From: Mantamonas sphyraenae STR306
Taxonomy: Eukaryota; Protista; CRuMs
Length of the DNA stretch: 64,000 nt
Assembly: GCA_026936335.1 (NCBI GenBank)
Contig: JAPMXV010000018.1
Location: 62,001-126,000, forward strand
Direction of reading: 5' to 3'
The notes below the pieces were generated by a model that ran no database searches, was not told where the DNA came from, and worked only from the letters and a program-made list of their open reading frames with translations. Both the position numbers and the translations under genes were made by a program. This document shows positions 1 through 12,059 of the stretch, piece by piece. Position 1 is the first letter of the stretch, and the number at the start of each line of letters is the position of its first letter.

Positions 1-416
1 GCGAGTACCTCTTTCGCTACGATGGCAACCCCAAGGCGGCGGTGGACAACATCGATGAGCTCATTGGCGAGCGCAACGACGACAAGGACGAGCTGGACAT
101 GAAGCTGCGCCTCTTTCGCACACAGCGTGCCAAGATGGACAGCCAGCCCACGTACGAGGACCAACCCATTCTCCAGTGGCTCTCTGAGCAAGATCCCTGC
201 CTCCACGTCGCTGGAGATGTCCTTGTGGCCGAGAACATCGACTCGACCGACCTGCTTCTCCAAACAGAACCCGACACCGTGGTTGATCTCGTCGCTGAGA
301 AGCTCGACGACAAGCCAGAGACCAAGCTCACCCTGGGCACAAAGCTGCGCCTGCGCAAAGCTATTGCGGAGCTCAAGAAACGCAGCCAGAAGGCCAAAAA
401 GGCAGCGGGGAATTGA
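1..416 (+). CDS. 5'-truncated CDS with a C-terminal SAM-like domain
   Basis: Frame open from position 3 to TGA at 414-416. The ending WLSEQ...ENIDSTDLLL...LTLGTKLRLRKAIAEL fits a SAM-domain pattern. The start EYLFRYDGNPKAAVDN weakly recalls a BCS1-type AAA lid. Confidence 0.55.
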   Translation, partial: EYLFRYDGNPKAAVDNIDELIGERNDDKDELDMKLRLFRTQRAKMDSQPTYEDQPILQWLSEQDPCLHVAGDVLVAENIDSTDLLLQTEPDTVVDLVAEKLDDKPETKLTLGTKLRLRKAIAELKKRSQKAKKAAGN

Positions 417-543
417 GGAAGAAGAAGAGTGAAATGACCTGAGTCATGCCTTGTGATTTGCATTCCGCTTCCCATCCCACACATTCCTTCTCGCTCGACT
501 CTCATTCTCCACTCTTCCACACCCACCTGACCCCTCTCACGTC

Positions 544-1972
544 TCACTCGTCCTTTTTGGACGTCGTCTGCAAGGGGATGGAGGAGAACCAATCGACGGC
601 GCTGTCCTCGCTTCCCTTGCCACTCAGCCGCGACACATACATCTTGAGACGTGGGAATCGGTTCATGAGAGCTCGCCAGGTAAACATGTAGATGCCAAGA
701 AAGAGGACAAGGACGCGGATGGGCACAAAGCCGAGCACCAGGCTGAGCACAAGCACAGCCAGGGCAAATTCACGCGACTTTTTCGCATCCACCCACAGAA
801 GCAGACAGTTGATACGTTGCATGACCTCGATGGCCCGCTTGGTCTGCTCCTGAACCACCAGCAGCTTCTCGTAGATGGATTGTTCCTCCGACGCCGACGC
901 CTGTTTGAGCTGGGCGTTGACGCGGTCCAGATCTGTTGGCCGCGGCATTTTGCCCAGCACGTACCGGTAAAAGTTGCGTGCCAGGATGTACAACAGAAAC
1001 ACTGTGGGCAGAAAGATCAGCCTGTCGTAGTAGGCGGCGTAGAGCAGTGCCGAAAAGCCCATCAGCGACCGCACAGGCCGCTCCCAGTTGATCAGCTCCT
1101 GGATGTAGTTTGCTCCCTCTTTCAGCGGGCTCACGGTTGCCTGCATGCTGCTCATCACCGCTGCAAACTCGCTAAAGTGAAACTGTGGCTTGACACGCTC
1201 CTCCCCTTCCCGTTTGCTCTCGGTCCGCACCGAGTCTGTGCGTGTGCGCCCAAACAGCGACGAATACAGACCCAGCGTCGATTCGATTGTGTATGTCAAT
1301 TCCAGCGTCACATGCCCTTGTGGCACAATCGTCGACGTGTGGTAGTGCGATTCGCCCAGCTTCAGCACCAGCTGTTCCCTCCCACGTGCCCGTGTCGTGT
1401 CAGTGGCTTTGTCCACATACTCCTCCTCACCCTCTCCCGTCCACCAGCCCTCCTCAACCCACAGAAACGGGCTGCCCGTGGCTGTAGTCCGACAGTGAAA
1501 CGCGAGCTTCACCCAGAAAGTCGTCCTTCTTCAGGTTGTCTTTGTCAAACACCAGCACTCGGAGCTCGGACAAAGGATCCGTGATTTGACTGCACACACA
1601 CACACACACACGCACACATTACTCTGTGTCAGCCTCTCCGTACCCCGTCTGACGCAGCCCTTGCGCTCTCGGGCTTGCTTGATCGCCGTTCACACAAAAT
1701 GGCAGCAAGCCGTTCGCCAAGAGCTGGCACGCGGCTTCTCCTCGCACCTCCCACGCAGTCCCTTTGACACCACTCCCTGCGGGCGACACTCACAATTCCG
1801 TCTCAAAGTTCCACACCGGATGCAGCGATTTGTCCACCACCTCTGTGCGTGCTTCTTGGTCTTCGCAAACCAGCACCGCGTACGGGTCGGACAAGCCACT
1901 GATGTCTCCAATGGCCAGGTCGCTGCCCTGCACCAGTTTCACATACAACGTGCCAATTCCCTTGGTGGACAT
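544..1972 (-). CDS. C2 domain plus C-terminal transmembrane protein (MCTP/PRT_C-like)
   Basis: Exons 1972-1794, 1589-1463, 1371-544; introns GTGAGT..CAG and GTGGGT..CAG, phases consistent. C2 motifs LYVKLVQGSDLAIGDISGLSDPY and VFDKDNLKKDDFLGEARV. MCTP-like membrane region LINWERPVRSL...LLLWVD...FVPIRVLVLFLG. Confidence 0.8.
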
Positions 1973-2058
1973 TCCTTTGTTGGTTGTCCCCCCTTCAATT
2001 GTCTGTTGTCTGCCGCGCGCTGCGGAACACAGCAACAACCTTGTCCCCACCCCGTGCG

Positions 2059-2484
2059 ATGACCACTGCCTCTGACCTCGTGTACCCTCGCGATCTCCTG
2101 GTGGCAGTCCACACAGATTCGGTCGACCGCCAGTTTCAGGTCTTTGTGACCAAACCGAGCACTGTGGAACACATCCAGCAGCTGGTGCAGGCCCGCGTCG
2201 ACGCCATCTCCCGCGAGAGCATCACCGTGTCCTCCAGTGGCGCTTCATTTCTCACTTCTCTCGACTCCTTCAAGAAAGACTCGGTGGACGCGTTTGCAGA
2301 CGACGACGACGAAGGCGGCGCAGCACCCGCCACAGAGACCCGCATCGACTTTCTCTACCTCTGCGACGACCACGGCGAACTCGACACCAAACTCGATCCG
2401 TCTGCATTTGATTTTATCATCCCCGACGCAAGCTGCAAGCGCGTCGCCGCTCACTGCGTTCAGGTGCCTGTGGAGGAGCCTTGA
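2059..2484 (+). CDS. hypothetical protein, 141 aa
   Basis: ATG at 2059, protein-like composition, fills the gap between two minus-strand genes. No family recognised. Confidence 0.6.
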   Translation: MTTASDLVYPRDLLVAVHTDSVDRQFQVFVTKPSTVEHIQQLVQARVDAISRESITVSSSGASFLTSLDSFKKDSVDAFADDDDEGGAAPATETRIDFLYLCDDHGELDTKLDPSAFDFIIPDASCKRVAAHCVQVPVEEP

Positions 2485-2543
2485 GGGCGGCACCAGAGGG
2501 GCAGGCAGCCCTCTTGTCCCTCCACGCGTCGCGCAGTGTTCCG

Positions 2544-5500
2544 TCACTCCCCGGCCTCCTCATCCATGCGTGCATCCAGCCAATCTCGGTCCACTTGCAC
2601 CACGCCCTCCCGCAGATTCAGCCCCTGCGTTGGCCCGTACACGTGGGTGGCCAGGTCAGCTCGGGTTGCGTCCACAATCCGACCGCCAAACGTGATCACA
2701 TCGACGACCACCTCGTCCCGCTCCGCCTTGGCCACTTGCTGCGCCACCAACACCCGCATGCCTGCAAACGCACTGCCGCGTGCGATCCAGTGGCTGACCT
2801 CGCTTGCGCGGCTCTGCGCCTCCACGCTTGCACGCACCCACGACACAGACACAACCTCTGCCTCCGGCAGAGCCGCTTGCAGAAACACGAGTCGCATGTC
2901 CCATGCACTCTGACTCGTGACCACGTGCGATGGCACTTGGCTCTCATCCGCCACAATCCGTGCTCCGCACCGCTGCAGCGTCCTCTCCACCGCCTCCTTG
3001 CCCTCCACACCGCACAACAGCACTCTGCATCCCTGCAACGGCCGCTGCACAGCACCAGCCCGGAAATAGTACTGCAACGCCTCCACGCCGCGCAGCACAA
3101 CCTTGCGTCGCAGCAGACGCTCCACCACGTACGCATCAAAGTTGCTGCTTCCATCGCCCAGGCGTGGAACATGCACGCTGCATGCCAGCTTGCGCGCCAT
3201 GAAGCTCACCTTGTCCAGACACTCCCCCAACGCATCCATGTCCAGCCGGTGGCCGTGCCGCGTCCGTTTCTGCGCCACCATGAGACTCACAAACGTCTTG
3301 TGGACGTCGTGTTGGTGTGACACGTCCATCAGATGCACGTCGCCAAGCCGCAGGTCGTCGAATTCGCCTGCCTTTTCGTACACCTTGCGCGGCAGCTCGC
3401 TCACTCTGTGGATGGCCCCAAAGAACCCACCACGCGGCCATGTCCCGCTGCAATCCACCACATGCACCACCATGGCACCATCTGAGCCTCTGCGTCCGGG
3501 TGCACGCGCTGCATCGCCCACCAGGAAGCGTAGCTCGCTGCTCGGTGTTTGTCCGTTCAATGCATCCTCTGCACACTTGGCATCCATCGCCTCTTGCTCG
3601 TTCATCTCGTCGTCGGTGAGATGCACGCTGTAGCTTGCGTAGCCGACTGCTGCCCATCGTTCCTTCTTCCGCTCCCACGCAAGCCGCCGCCGTTTCCTTC
3701 GCTCAACCAGATCGTCCTTTGTCAGCACCCTTTCCTCGCGCGATCGCTTTCTCCCAGAGCTGCCCCTCGAGTCTGAGCTTGAGCTTGAGCTTGAGCTGGA
3801 GGAGCTGCTGCTCGAGCTCCGTGCTTTGCCGCTGCTTGCCGATGCCCTCTTCGCACGTGCGGCCTCCAGAATCTCGTCCAAAGCCGCCATGTCCTTTGCA
3901 TGCACCATGTCGCTGTGATCCTTGCCTTCAAACTCGTACAGGGCCCGCGTGCTCTTCCCGTCCTCCACACCCTCCTCCCGCACAAGTCGCGCCTTGTCCA
4001 TCAGAGCCGCAAGCGACACCCCGTCGCCGTTGCCATCGCCATCGCTCCCTGTATCGCTCATCATCCCAGCCAGCCCTTTCGCCAGAATGCCCATCATCTC
4101 CTTGCTGTTCTCGCCCTCTTCTGCATCCGCCTTGTCTTCCGCTTGCGTCCCCTTCCTCCTCCTCCTCCTCCTCCTCTACGTCCATCAGCCCCTTTGACAG
4201 TGCCAACTTGCGCATGCCACGCTCATAGATCACCTCGTCCACCGTATCCGCTGCCAGCAGCCTGTACACCCGCACATGCCGTTGCTGCCCTTGCCTGTGT
4301 GCGCGTGCAATGGCCTGCTGATCGATGGTCGGGTTCCAATCGGAGTCGTACATGATCACCACATTCGCCGCCTGCAGGTTGACCCCTGTGCCCATCGCCT
4401 TGGACGAAAGGAGCAGCACACGAACCTCCGCCGTCTTTCCAAACTCCTGCACCTGTTCCTCCCGGTCGCTCCCGCGGACGCTTCCATCCAAACGCAGCGC
4501 TTTGATGTCCATCATGGCACAGTAGTCCTGCAAAATGTCCAGCATTTGCACAAACTGGCTGAAGATGAGGACTTTCGTCGACCTGTCAGCCAGCTCACGC
4601 TCCAGTAGCTCGTGCACAATCTTCAGCTTGCCACAATTCTCGTACAGGTGTGCACCCTCTTCAAAAGGCTCGGGCTCGATCCCTGCAAACAGATACGGAT
4701 GTGCGGTTGCCTTTCTCAGCGTCATGACCACGTTCAGCATGCCCCGTCCGTTGTCGCTTCCCACCTTGTCCAACTGCTTCGTCAGAATCGCCTTGTACAG
4801 CCTGCGTTGCATCGCAGACAAGGGAACAGGCAGCACAAGCTCCGTCAGCGGCGGCAATGACAAGTTCACCTGGCTTTTCGTCCGGCGAAGCATCAGCGGA
4901 GACACAGCCTCCCGCAGCGCCTCCATCTTGCCCTCGCCGTCAAACAGCGCCAGAAAGCGCTCCTCGCTCTGAAACCAATCTGGATTCGCAAACGACAGCA
5001 TCGAAAACAGCTCCTCCAGCTTGTTTTGGATTGGCGTGCCGCTCAGCAGCAGCCGGAACCCCAGCTGCATCCCTGACATAACCTCATGCAGTTTGCTGCT
5101 TCGGTTCTTCAGCCGGTGCGCCTCATCCACAACCGTCATTACGAACGACTGCGCCTCAAACCATCCACGGTCCTGCATGATATACTGGTATGTCGTCAGC
5201 ACGACGTCCACCTCTCCTGCCTGAACACGCAGAGCTGCTCGCTCCTCCTTCGGCCCGTGGTACACAAGAACCTTGAGCGACGGTACAAACTTCTCTGCTT
5301 CCGACTGCCAGTTGTGCAACACGGGCAGCGGCACCACAAGCAGGAACCGGCCCTGATCCGTCTGCTTCGTCGCCGCAAGCACACTCAACGCTTGCAGGGT
5401 CTTGCCCAGACCCATCTCGTCGGCCAATAGGGCGCCCATGCGTCCACACGCTCGCATTCCAAGCACCCATCGCACTCCTCCTCGCTGGTAGTCGTGCAAG

Positions 5501-5673
5501 GTGCAGTTGACCACGGATGCCGGCTGCCCGACCTTGTCGTGCTTGGCTTCCCACTCCGTCACCTCCTTTGCCAGCGCCTGGCTCCTCTCCACCACGGCCT
5601 TCCTCTCACTCTCGTCATCCCCACCACCATTTCTGCTATTCTCCACGCTGCTGCTGCTGCTGCTGCTGCTCAT
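2544..5673 (-). CDS. CHD1L: ALC1/CHD1L chromatin remodeller (SNF2 ATPase, macrodomain, two BRCT-like domains); one frame break near 4150
   Basis: SNF2 motifs LADEMGLGKT, DEAH, SGTPIQN, DSDWNP..QAIARAHRQGQ. ALC1-type macrodomain VDCSGTWPRGGFF and VHVPRLG...VERLLRR...QYYF. The two ORFs join if one base is removed from the CCCC at 4149-4152. Confidence 0.88.
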
Positions 5674-5712
5674 GTTGCCCCCGCCTTCGCACCGCAAAAC
5701 CCGCCAGCAACA

Positions 5713-7193
5713 ATGTTTTTCAGCAAAAAGCGTTCGCCTCCCAAAGAGGAGGAGCCTGAAGAGTTTGTGCTCCTGTCTGGCCACGCCGTCATCAAAAACG
5801 AATCAGCCAACGCTTCCTTTGCCAACGACGACGACGACGACGACGACATGGCCATCTCTGTGGGCGACACAACCACAGAAGGCGGCGCCTCACCTGAACC
5901 GCACAAACACATCGCCGTCGCCTTTGCCAGCAACCTGGAGGCCAACCTCGACGGCATCACCGCCAAGCAGGACGCCTTTGCCGCATCCCTCAAGGACGGC
6001 ACCCTCTGTCCATCTGGCGTTGCTGCCGGCTCTTCAGGCTCCTCCTCCTCCTCCTCCGCCTCCTCCTCGGACAACGACGACGACGCCTCCAGCCCCGCCG
6101 ATTTCGTGCGCGGCTCCTTTGCCTCCTCTCCAGGCCAGCTCGACTTTACCGTCGACCCCTGCGGCGACACAGAGTCTCGCATGATCCTCTCCTGGACGCG
6201 CATGACCGCCAAGGAAGCAAAGGCCGCAAACACCGCCGCAAAGGCCCCCCCTTTTGCAAGGCCTTTGTCCTCGTCACCCTGCCCATCAAGAAGGACACTT
6301 CGGACGCAGACGTGGCTGCCTTTCAAGAACGCATCCAGACCCAGTGGGCCGACCGACTCGAGCCCCTCATCAAGGAGGAAAAGCTGCCCTTTGAGGTCAA
6401 ATTCCAAGTCCGCGAGCGTGCCGACGAGGCCACCGGTGCCACCGTCGTCGACGTGTTTGTGTTTGTGCCCGTCGATCCCCTCAAGATTTACAAGAAGCTG
6501 CCGCACAAGGCGGTGGCCTCGGCGAGGCTCATGACCACCTTTCCCCTCTCGCCTCTCACCGTGTGGGAAAATGCTGCCGATGACACAGACTTTAGCGACA
6601 TGCTGTATGGCAGTGTGTACGCAGAGGCACGTCTGCAGGCCCCTGCCCTCGCCAAGATCCGCCAAAGCTTGCCCTCGCCCGACAGCGTGCCCTTTGCTGA
6701 ACAGCTCGACCAGGCCTTTTCCATGGTTGGCCTCGACCTCACCCTCGCCGGCATCATCGAATACCTGCAGTTGCACCCCATGGACCAGGAACCCTGCGCT
6801 GAGCAGAACGACTATCACACCACGGTGCCCCCGCTCACCGTAGGTCGCATCAAGCGTCAGCTCGCAACCTCCGCATCCACTCTTCTCTACGGCCTCCACC
6901 AGGACAAAGAAGCACCCGAGGAGCCCCTCTCTCTGCCCTGCACGGGCATCAGCCACATCCAGATCCAAACCACGGGCTTTTCCCTCACCCTGGACTTTCA
7001 CAACTTCAATCTCGTCGACCTGCTGCCCACCAAGGAGCACATCGACGCCGCCTTTGAGCGTCACGCACGCGACAAGCAGCGCGAACAGGACAAGCAGCGT
7101 CTCATGCAACAGGCAGCCGAGGGAGAGCTCTCCGTTGAGGAAGCCGAAGCCCTCTTTGCCCAAATGGAGGCCGAGAGCGCCGAGTGGGCCTGA
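5713..7193 (+). CDS. hypothetical protein, about 490 aa; one frame break near 6250
   Basis: ATG at 5713 (MFFSKKRS). The protein-like frame switches at the C7 run 6245-6251 into the ORF ending at TGA 7193. No family recognised. Confidence 0.6.
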
Positions 7194-7266
7194 GGAAAGC
7201 CCGCATTTTGCTTCATTCGTCTCTTCTCATTGGTTGTTTCTTGGTTTGGTCGTGTTTTCAAACCCA

Positions 7267-7911
7267 TCACTCATCTGCTTGATTCCGCACCCACGTCGGC
7301 TCCACCCTGTGTGCGCGGATCAGCTCCGCGTTCAAGGCGTCGCTGCCGCCTGCACGCGCACGTGCAGACTCTTCGTCCTCACACACTCCTGTCTTTACAT
7401 GTCGTGCCACCAGTCGCTCCAGGGCTGTTTCTGCGTCGCACTCCATCCACCACCGTTCGTCAAACATCCCTGCAATCTCTGGCCACGGCTCAGGCTCGCT
7501 CAGTTGCAGATACAACCCTTCCATCACCACCACACGATATTCAGGCAGTACTGCAATGTCATCTGCCACAGGATCTTTCTTGGCATGGTCAAAAGACGGT
7601 GCCAGGTGTGTTTCCTGCGGCTTCTTCCTCAACGCCTCCACCAGCGCCAGCAGACCCTCAGCATCAAACGTGAACGGCGCCCCACGCCTCTCACGTGCCA
7701 TTTCTGCATCCTCCATGGCATCCAATTGCGCCAGGGACAGATGGAAACCGTCCATGGACACCGCGACTGCGCTCACACCGCGCTCCACAAACGCGCTCAC
7801 CACTTGGTCTGCAAACGTCGTCTTGCCCGACCCAGGCACACCGGAAATGCTCACAAGCACTCGCTCCTGCGTCTCCAGCAGGGTCTCCACCCGCTGCACC
7901 GCCTCTTCCAT
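7267..7911 (-). CDS. YFH7/YggC-like P-loop kinase (PRK/uridine kinase/PanK superfamily)
   Basis: GVPGSGKTT, MDGFHL, RRGAPFTFD, PSFDHAKKDP, EGLYL, RLVARH. ATG at 7911. Confidence 0.88.
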   Translation of the reverse strand: MEEAVQRVETLLETQERVLVSISGVPGSGKTTFADQVVSAFVERGVSAVAVSMDGFHLSLAQLDAMEDAEMARERRGAPFTFDAEGLLALVEALRKKPQETHLAPSFDHAKKDPVADDIAVLPEYRVVVMEGLYLQLSEPEPWPEIAGMFDERWWMECDAETALERLVARHVKTGVCEDEESARARAGGSDALNAELIRAHRVEPTWVRNQADE

Positions 7912-7950
7912 CCCGCACACTGGGTTTGCGCTGGACCGCCCACAGCAAAC

Positions 7951-8676
7951 ATGTCCGAACAAGACACCAAAACGCCACAACAGAATCCACCCCTGCTCTA
8001 CGTCGTCCGCCACGGCGAACGTTCCGATCTGGCCGACCCAGAATGGCTGACCACCGCCGAGCGTGGCTGGGATCCTCCACTCACCGACACGGGTCTCGAC
8101 CAGGCCACAAAAACAGGACTCGCCATCAAGGAGCTCCTGGGCGACCTCGACGGACGCAAACTCACCATCCTGGCCTCTCCGTTCACGCGTACCATGCAGA
8201 CTGCCCTCAACCTCGCCGCCGCGTTTGCGGAGGAGAACGGAGGCGGAACCTGCGCCTCCATTCTTCCTGAATCCGCCGTCTGCGAGTTTCTCCACACAAC
8301 CTACTATGAAACCGTGCCCACAGACATCACTGAAACGTGTCTCTCTCTGTACAGCAACAATGCCCTGGTCAACTTTGACCAGGAGCCCATCCGTGCCTTT
8401 CCATCAGACTTTGAAGAGGTCAGCGACATGGTTGACCGCTTCCAGGCCGTGTTTGACGCCGTGAGTCAGCGTGAATCCTTTCTTGCCGGCCAGGAAGTTG
8501 TCGTCATCGTCACCCATGGCTACGGCGTGCAGATCTGCCTCGACATTGCCGACGTCGCCATCGGCCACGCCGAGTACTGTTGCCTTTCAGAAATCACCTA
8601 CCAAGACAGCAAATGGGTGGCCAGCGACGATCCACAGGTGTCCATTGCCCACTGGAGCACAGAAGGAGCGGCATGA
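7951..8676 (+). CDS. histidine phosphatase (phosphoglycerate mutase-like superfamily)
   Basis: LYVVRHGER, DPPLTDTG, SPFTRTMQTA, VIVTHG. ATG at 7951. Confidence 0.88.
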   Translation: MSEQDTKTPQQNPPLLYVVRHGERSDLADPEWLTTAERGWDPPLTDTGLDQATKTGLAIKELLGDLDGRKLTILASPFTRTMQTALNLAAAFAEENGGGTCASILPESAVCEFLHTTYYETVPTDITETCLSLYSNNALVNFDQEPIRAFPSDFEEVSDMVDRFQAVFDAVSQRESFLAGQEVVVIVTHGYGVQICLDIADVAIGHAEYCCLSEITYQDSKWVASDDPQVSIAHWSTEGAA

Positions 8677-8735
8677 AGAAGAAAACCACTTGCCCACCAA
8701 TTCCCCCATCGCATCCAATCCAACCCTTGCTGCAG

Positions 8736-11700
8736 ATGCTCGCATCCAAGCACACACCCAATCTCATCGTGTTGACCACTTGCTCCTTGTGGCTGCTCGC
8801 TGTGGCACTTCCCTGTGTCGTCCACGCCGCGGTGGAGCCCACCCACTTTGAGTTTGTTGTCCCGCCTCCCACCTCTGTCAAGTCGGGATCCCCGTTCCCC
8901 AACAACATGGTCGTGCGTCTCCTGGACAGCGCTGGCCGTCAGGTGAACATTTCCGGCCTGCCAATATCCATGAGCTGCCTCCCGACGCCGGATGCCGTCC
9001 CTGGAGGCCACGCCGTCTCCGACACCTTTGGTCACGCCTACTTCCAGGACACCATCATCTATGGCGTGCCTGGCACGGTTTACAACTGTCTCTTTCAGTT
9101 TGAAACCCAACAGTACACCATTGCTCGCACAGAGGTGCCCATTGCACTTTTCCCCTGCCCGGCCCTCCAGGACTACGATCCTGTCAGTGCCCGCTGCAAG
9201 TGTTCCAAGGGTTACTTCCTTGTCACTGAACGAGGCACCTCAAACTCCACGTGCACACCGTGTCCACGCGGCACCTACAAGGACATTGTCGGCGATGATC
9301 AGTGCCGCAACTGCCCTCCGCTTCGCGACACCTCTCCCGACGCTTCTGCAGCAACCTCTCTCTCCCAATGCCTCTGCAAAGAAAACTATTATCTCGAAGC
9401 ATCCAATGGCGCATGCCAAGTTTGCCCCGTCGGTGCTCTCTGTGGTGTGGGCAACCAACTCAGCGTGGCCCCAGGATACTGGACTGCCGACAAAAAGAGT
9501 ACGTCTTTCCACCCCCCCACCCCCCGGTCCTTTCTCTCCTCCCCTCCCACTTGGTCCTCTCACACGCTGACACCCCTCCTCTGCAGCCTTCCTACGCTGC
9601 CCAAATCAGGCTGCATGCCTGGGAGGCGACCAGAACGCAACGTGCGCCTCAGGATATACGGGTCCTCTGTGTGCAGGATGCATGCATGGCTTTGGCAAGG
9701 ACAGTGCACTCAGCTGTGTTGCCTGCCCGCCTCTTGTCGGCTCGGTCTTTCTCTGGCTCCTCCTCCTCGTCCTCTTTGTGGCCCTCATCTCCCTCCTCAC
9801 GTGGATGAGCAAGGTCCAGGGTGTGGCTTTCGACGCCACAAAGATCCTCATCGACTACCTTCAAGCCCTTGCACTCATTGGCGGCTTCAGCGTCAAGTGG
9901 CCCGTCGTACGCGCCCTCCTCTACGACGCCTTTGGCCTCACCCTCTTCCGAGGTGCCATCCCAGAGGTCGAATGTCTCTTTTCTGGCTACTACGATCGCT
10001 ACTCCATCTACTCCACAATGCCCTTTCTCCTGGCCGTCCTTGCCACAGGCATCTTTGGCTTGCTCCAGTTTGCCCGCCGCTATCGGCTGGCCAACGCCAA
10101 GCCTGGCTCTGCTGTGGAACAGGGCGGCCTTGCCATTTCGCCTCTGGCCAATGGCGCCTCTGTGTTTGTCATGTCCCTCTTTCTGATGTACCCCACAGTC
10201 ACCTCCGTTGCCATGGACATGGAAAACTGCACCACCTATGGCACGCAGACCGTCATGGCAACCGATACGTCCATCGATTGCACCACCTCGCAGCACGCCC
10301 AATTCAAAACAATCGGCGCAATCTCTGGCTGGACCTATGCCCTTCTCATTCCCGTCCTCATCTACTTTTTCGCCAACCGCCGACGCAACTACCTCGAAGC
10401 CCAGATGGGCATCGACCGCTCGCAAGACAAGCTGGAGAGGAACACAATGGTGTCTGTCCCCCTGGGTGACGGCCGCACCGTTCTTGTGCCCACGAAATCC
10501 ATCCGTATTGCCACTCGCGCCATCGCCACCCCTGTCCCGCAGGCCGTGGCCTTTGAGCCGCCTGCACACACACCGTCCTCCACACTGGCTGCTGCACAAA
10601 AGGCAGCAGCTCGCTTTGCAGAACCCGAGAGCGATGATGACGACGATGACGACGACGATGGACCAAAGGGAACCAATGCTGCTGATCGTCCTCGCATGCA
10701 GTCCACCGTACGCTTTGCCAACGTGCAGATCAAGCACATCGATGACGATGAGGACGTCGACGACGGCAGTGAGGCCGAAGTACAGGAGCACCAGCTCGGC
10801 GAGTACGAAGACGAGGAGGAGGACGACGATGACGTGGCCCCGCACGCCGTCGGCACGCCCATGCGAGCAAACAGACGCATCGATCTCTCCTCTTCCACAG
10901 CCGCCTCCTCCTACAACTACTCCACCTACCTGTCGCCCTCCACCTCCATCAGCGCCGGCAGCCCTGCACCGCGCACCCGAAGTGTCTACTCTGTACGATC
11001 CCGCCGTGGTGCCGGAGGACGCTCCACCCTGCGTCAGTCTGTCATGATCAAGAATGCCCTCGATCTGGACAATGCCGGCGCAACCGGCCCTGGTGCCGCC
11101 CTGTACGATGACGACGACGTGGATCTTCAGCCCGTCGGCCGCACCGTGCGTGTCAAGTCCATCAAGATGAACATGAAGACCACGAGCTTTGCCATGCCCT
11201 CCAAGGCCCAGGTCGAAGAAGCAGTCGAGGAAGAGATGTTTGTCGAATCCGTGGACAACGAGCTCTCCTTCCACCTGGAACAGGGCCCGCTGGCCTTTCT
11301 CTACGCCCCATACAAGAGCTCGCGCTACGGATGGGAAGTGGTTGTGTTTGGACGCAAGCTGATCCTTGTCATGTGCCTGGCTTTCCTCTCGGATCTGCCT
11401 CTGGCCCAGTGCGTGTCCGCCCTGTGGTGCTGGTTCCTGGTCACGGTCTTTACCTCCCGCGTGAAGCCACACGAAAACCGCATGATCTGGCGCTTGGATA
11501 TGCTCTCTCTGTACACCTGCAACTTTGTCATGCTCACCAGCGCCCTGTTTGCAGACGAAATCGACCTCGGCCCGCGGTACAATTCCGCGCTCAACCTCCT
11601 TCAGGTCATCATCATCATCATCGTCCTCCTCATGGGTTTCCTCTTTACCTTTATGGTCGTGTTTGCCATATCGCCGACCGTCCACGAACGCACACGCAAG

Positions 11701-12009
11701 TGGCCCATCATCCGCGCCCTCATTCGTGGCGTCGACGACGAGGACGAGCTCACCATTGTCGAAGCAAACAACTTTGTCGACGCCGTCTCGCGCCGCAAGT
11801 CCCGCGCCATCCAGCATGCCGTCGACGACTTGCACACCTCCATCTCCACACGCTACAGCCGCACCATCTCTTCCGCCGCGCGGGCCCCGTACAGCAAGAA
11901 CACTCTTGGGAACAGGGTGGCTCACGAACGAGGCCGCACCATGTTCAATGACCTCAGCGACCGCAGTTCCACAAACGAGTCCCTGGAACGTCCCTTGATC
12001 GACCCGTAG
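8736..12009 (+). CDS. signal peptide, Cys-rich (ephrin-receptor-like/GCC) ectodomain and multi-pass TM protein of a receptor-like protist family
   Basis: Intron 9499-9586 (GTACGT..GCTGAC..CAG) joins the two ORFs in phase. CTPCPRGTYK...CRNCP and CASGYTGPLCAGC, several TM segments, LAFLYAPYK..YGWEVVVFGRKL. Alternative in-frame start at 8673. Confidence 0.8.
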
Positions 12010-12059
12010 GGCAGGCAAGCCTGCACACGGCAATGCAGCACAATCGTCTCCAACAAACC

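Noticed and set aside
8673-8676. ATGA overlap between the phosphatase and the receptor-like gene
   Set aside because: ATG 8736 directly precedes the signal peptide and is the likelier start. TGA preceded by A is common by chance.
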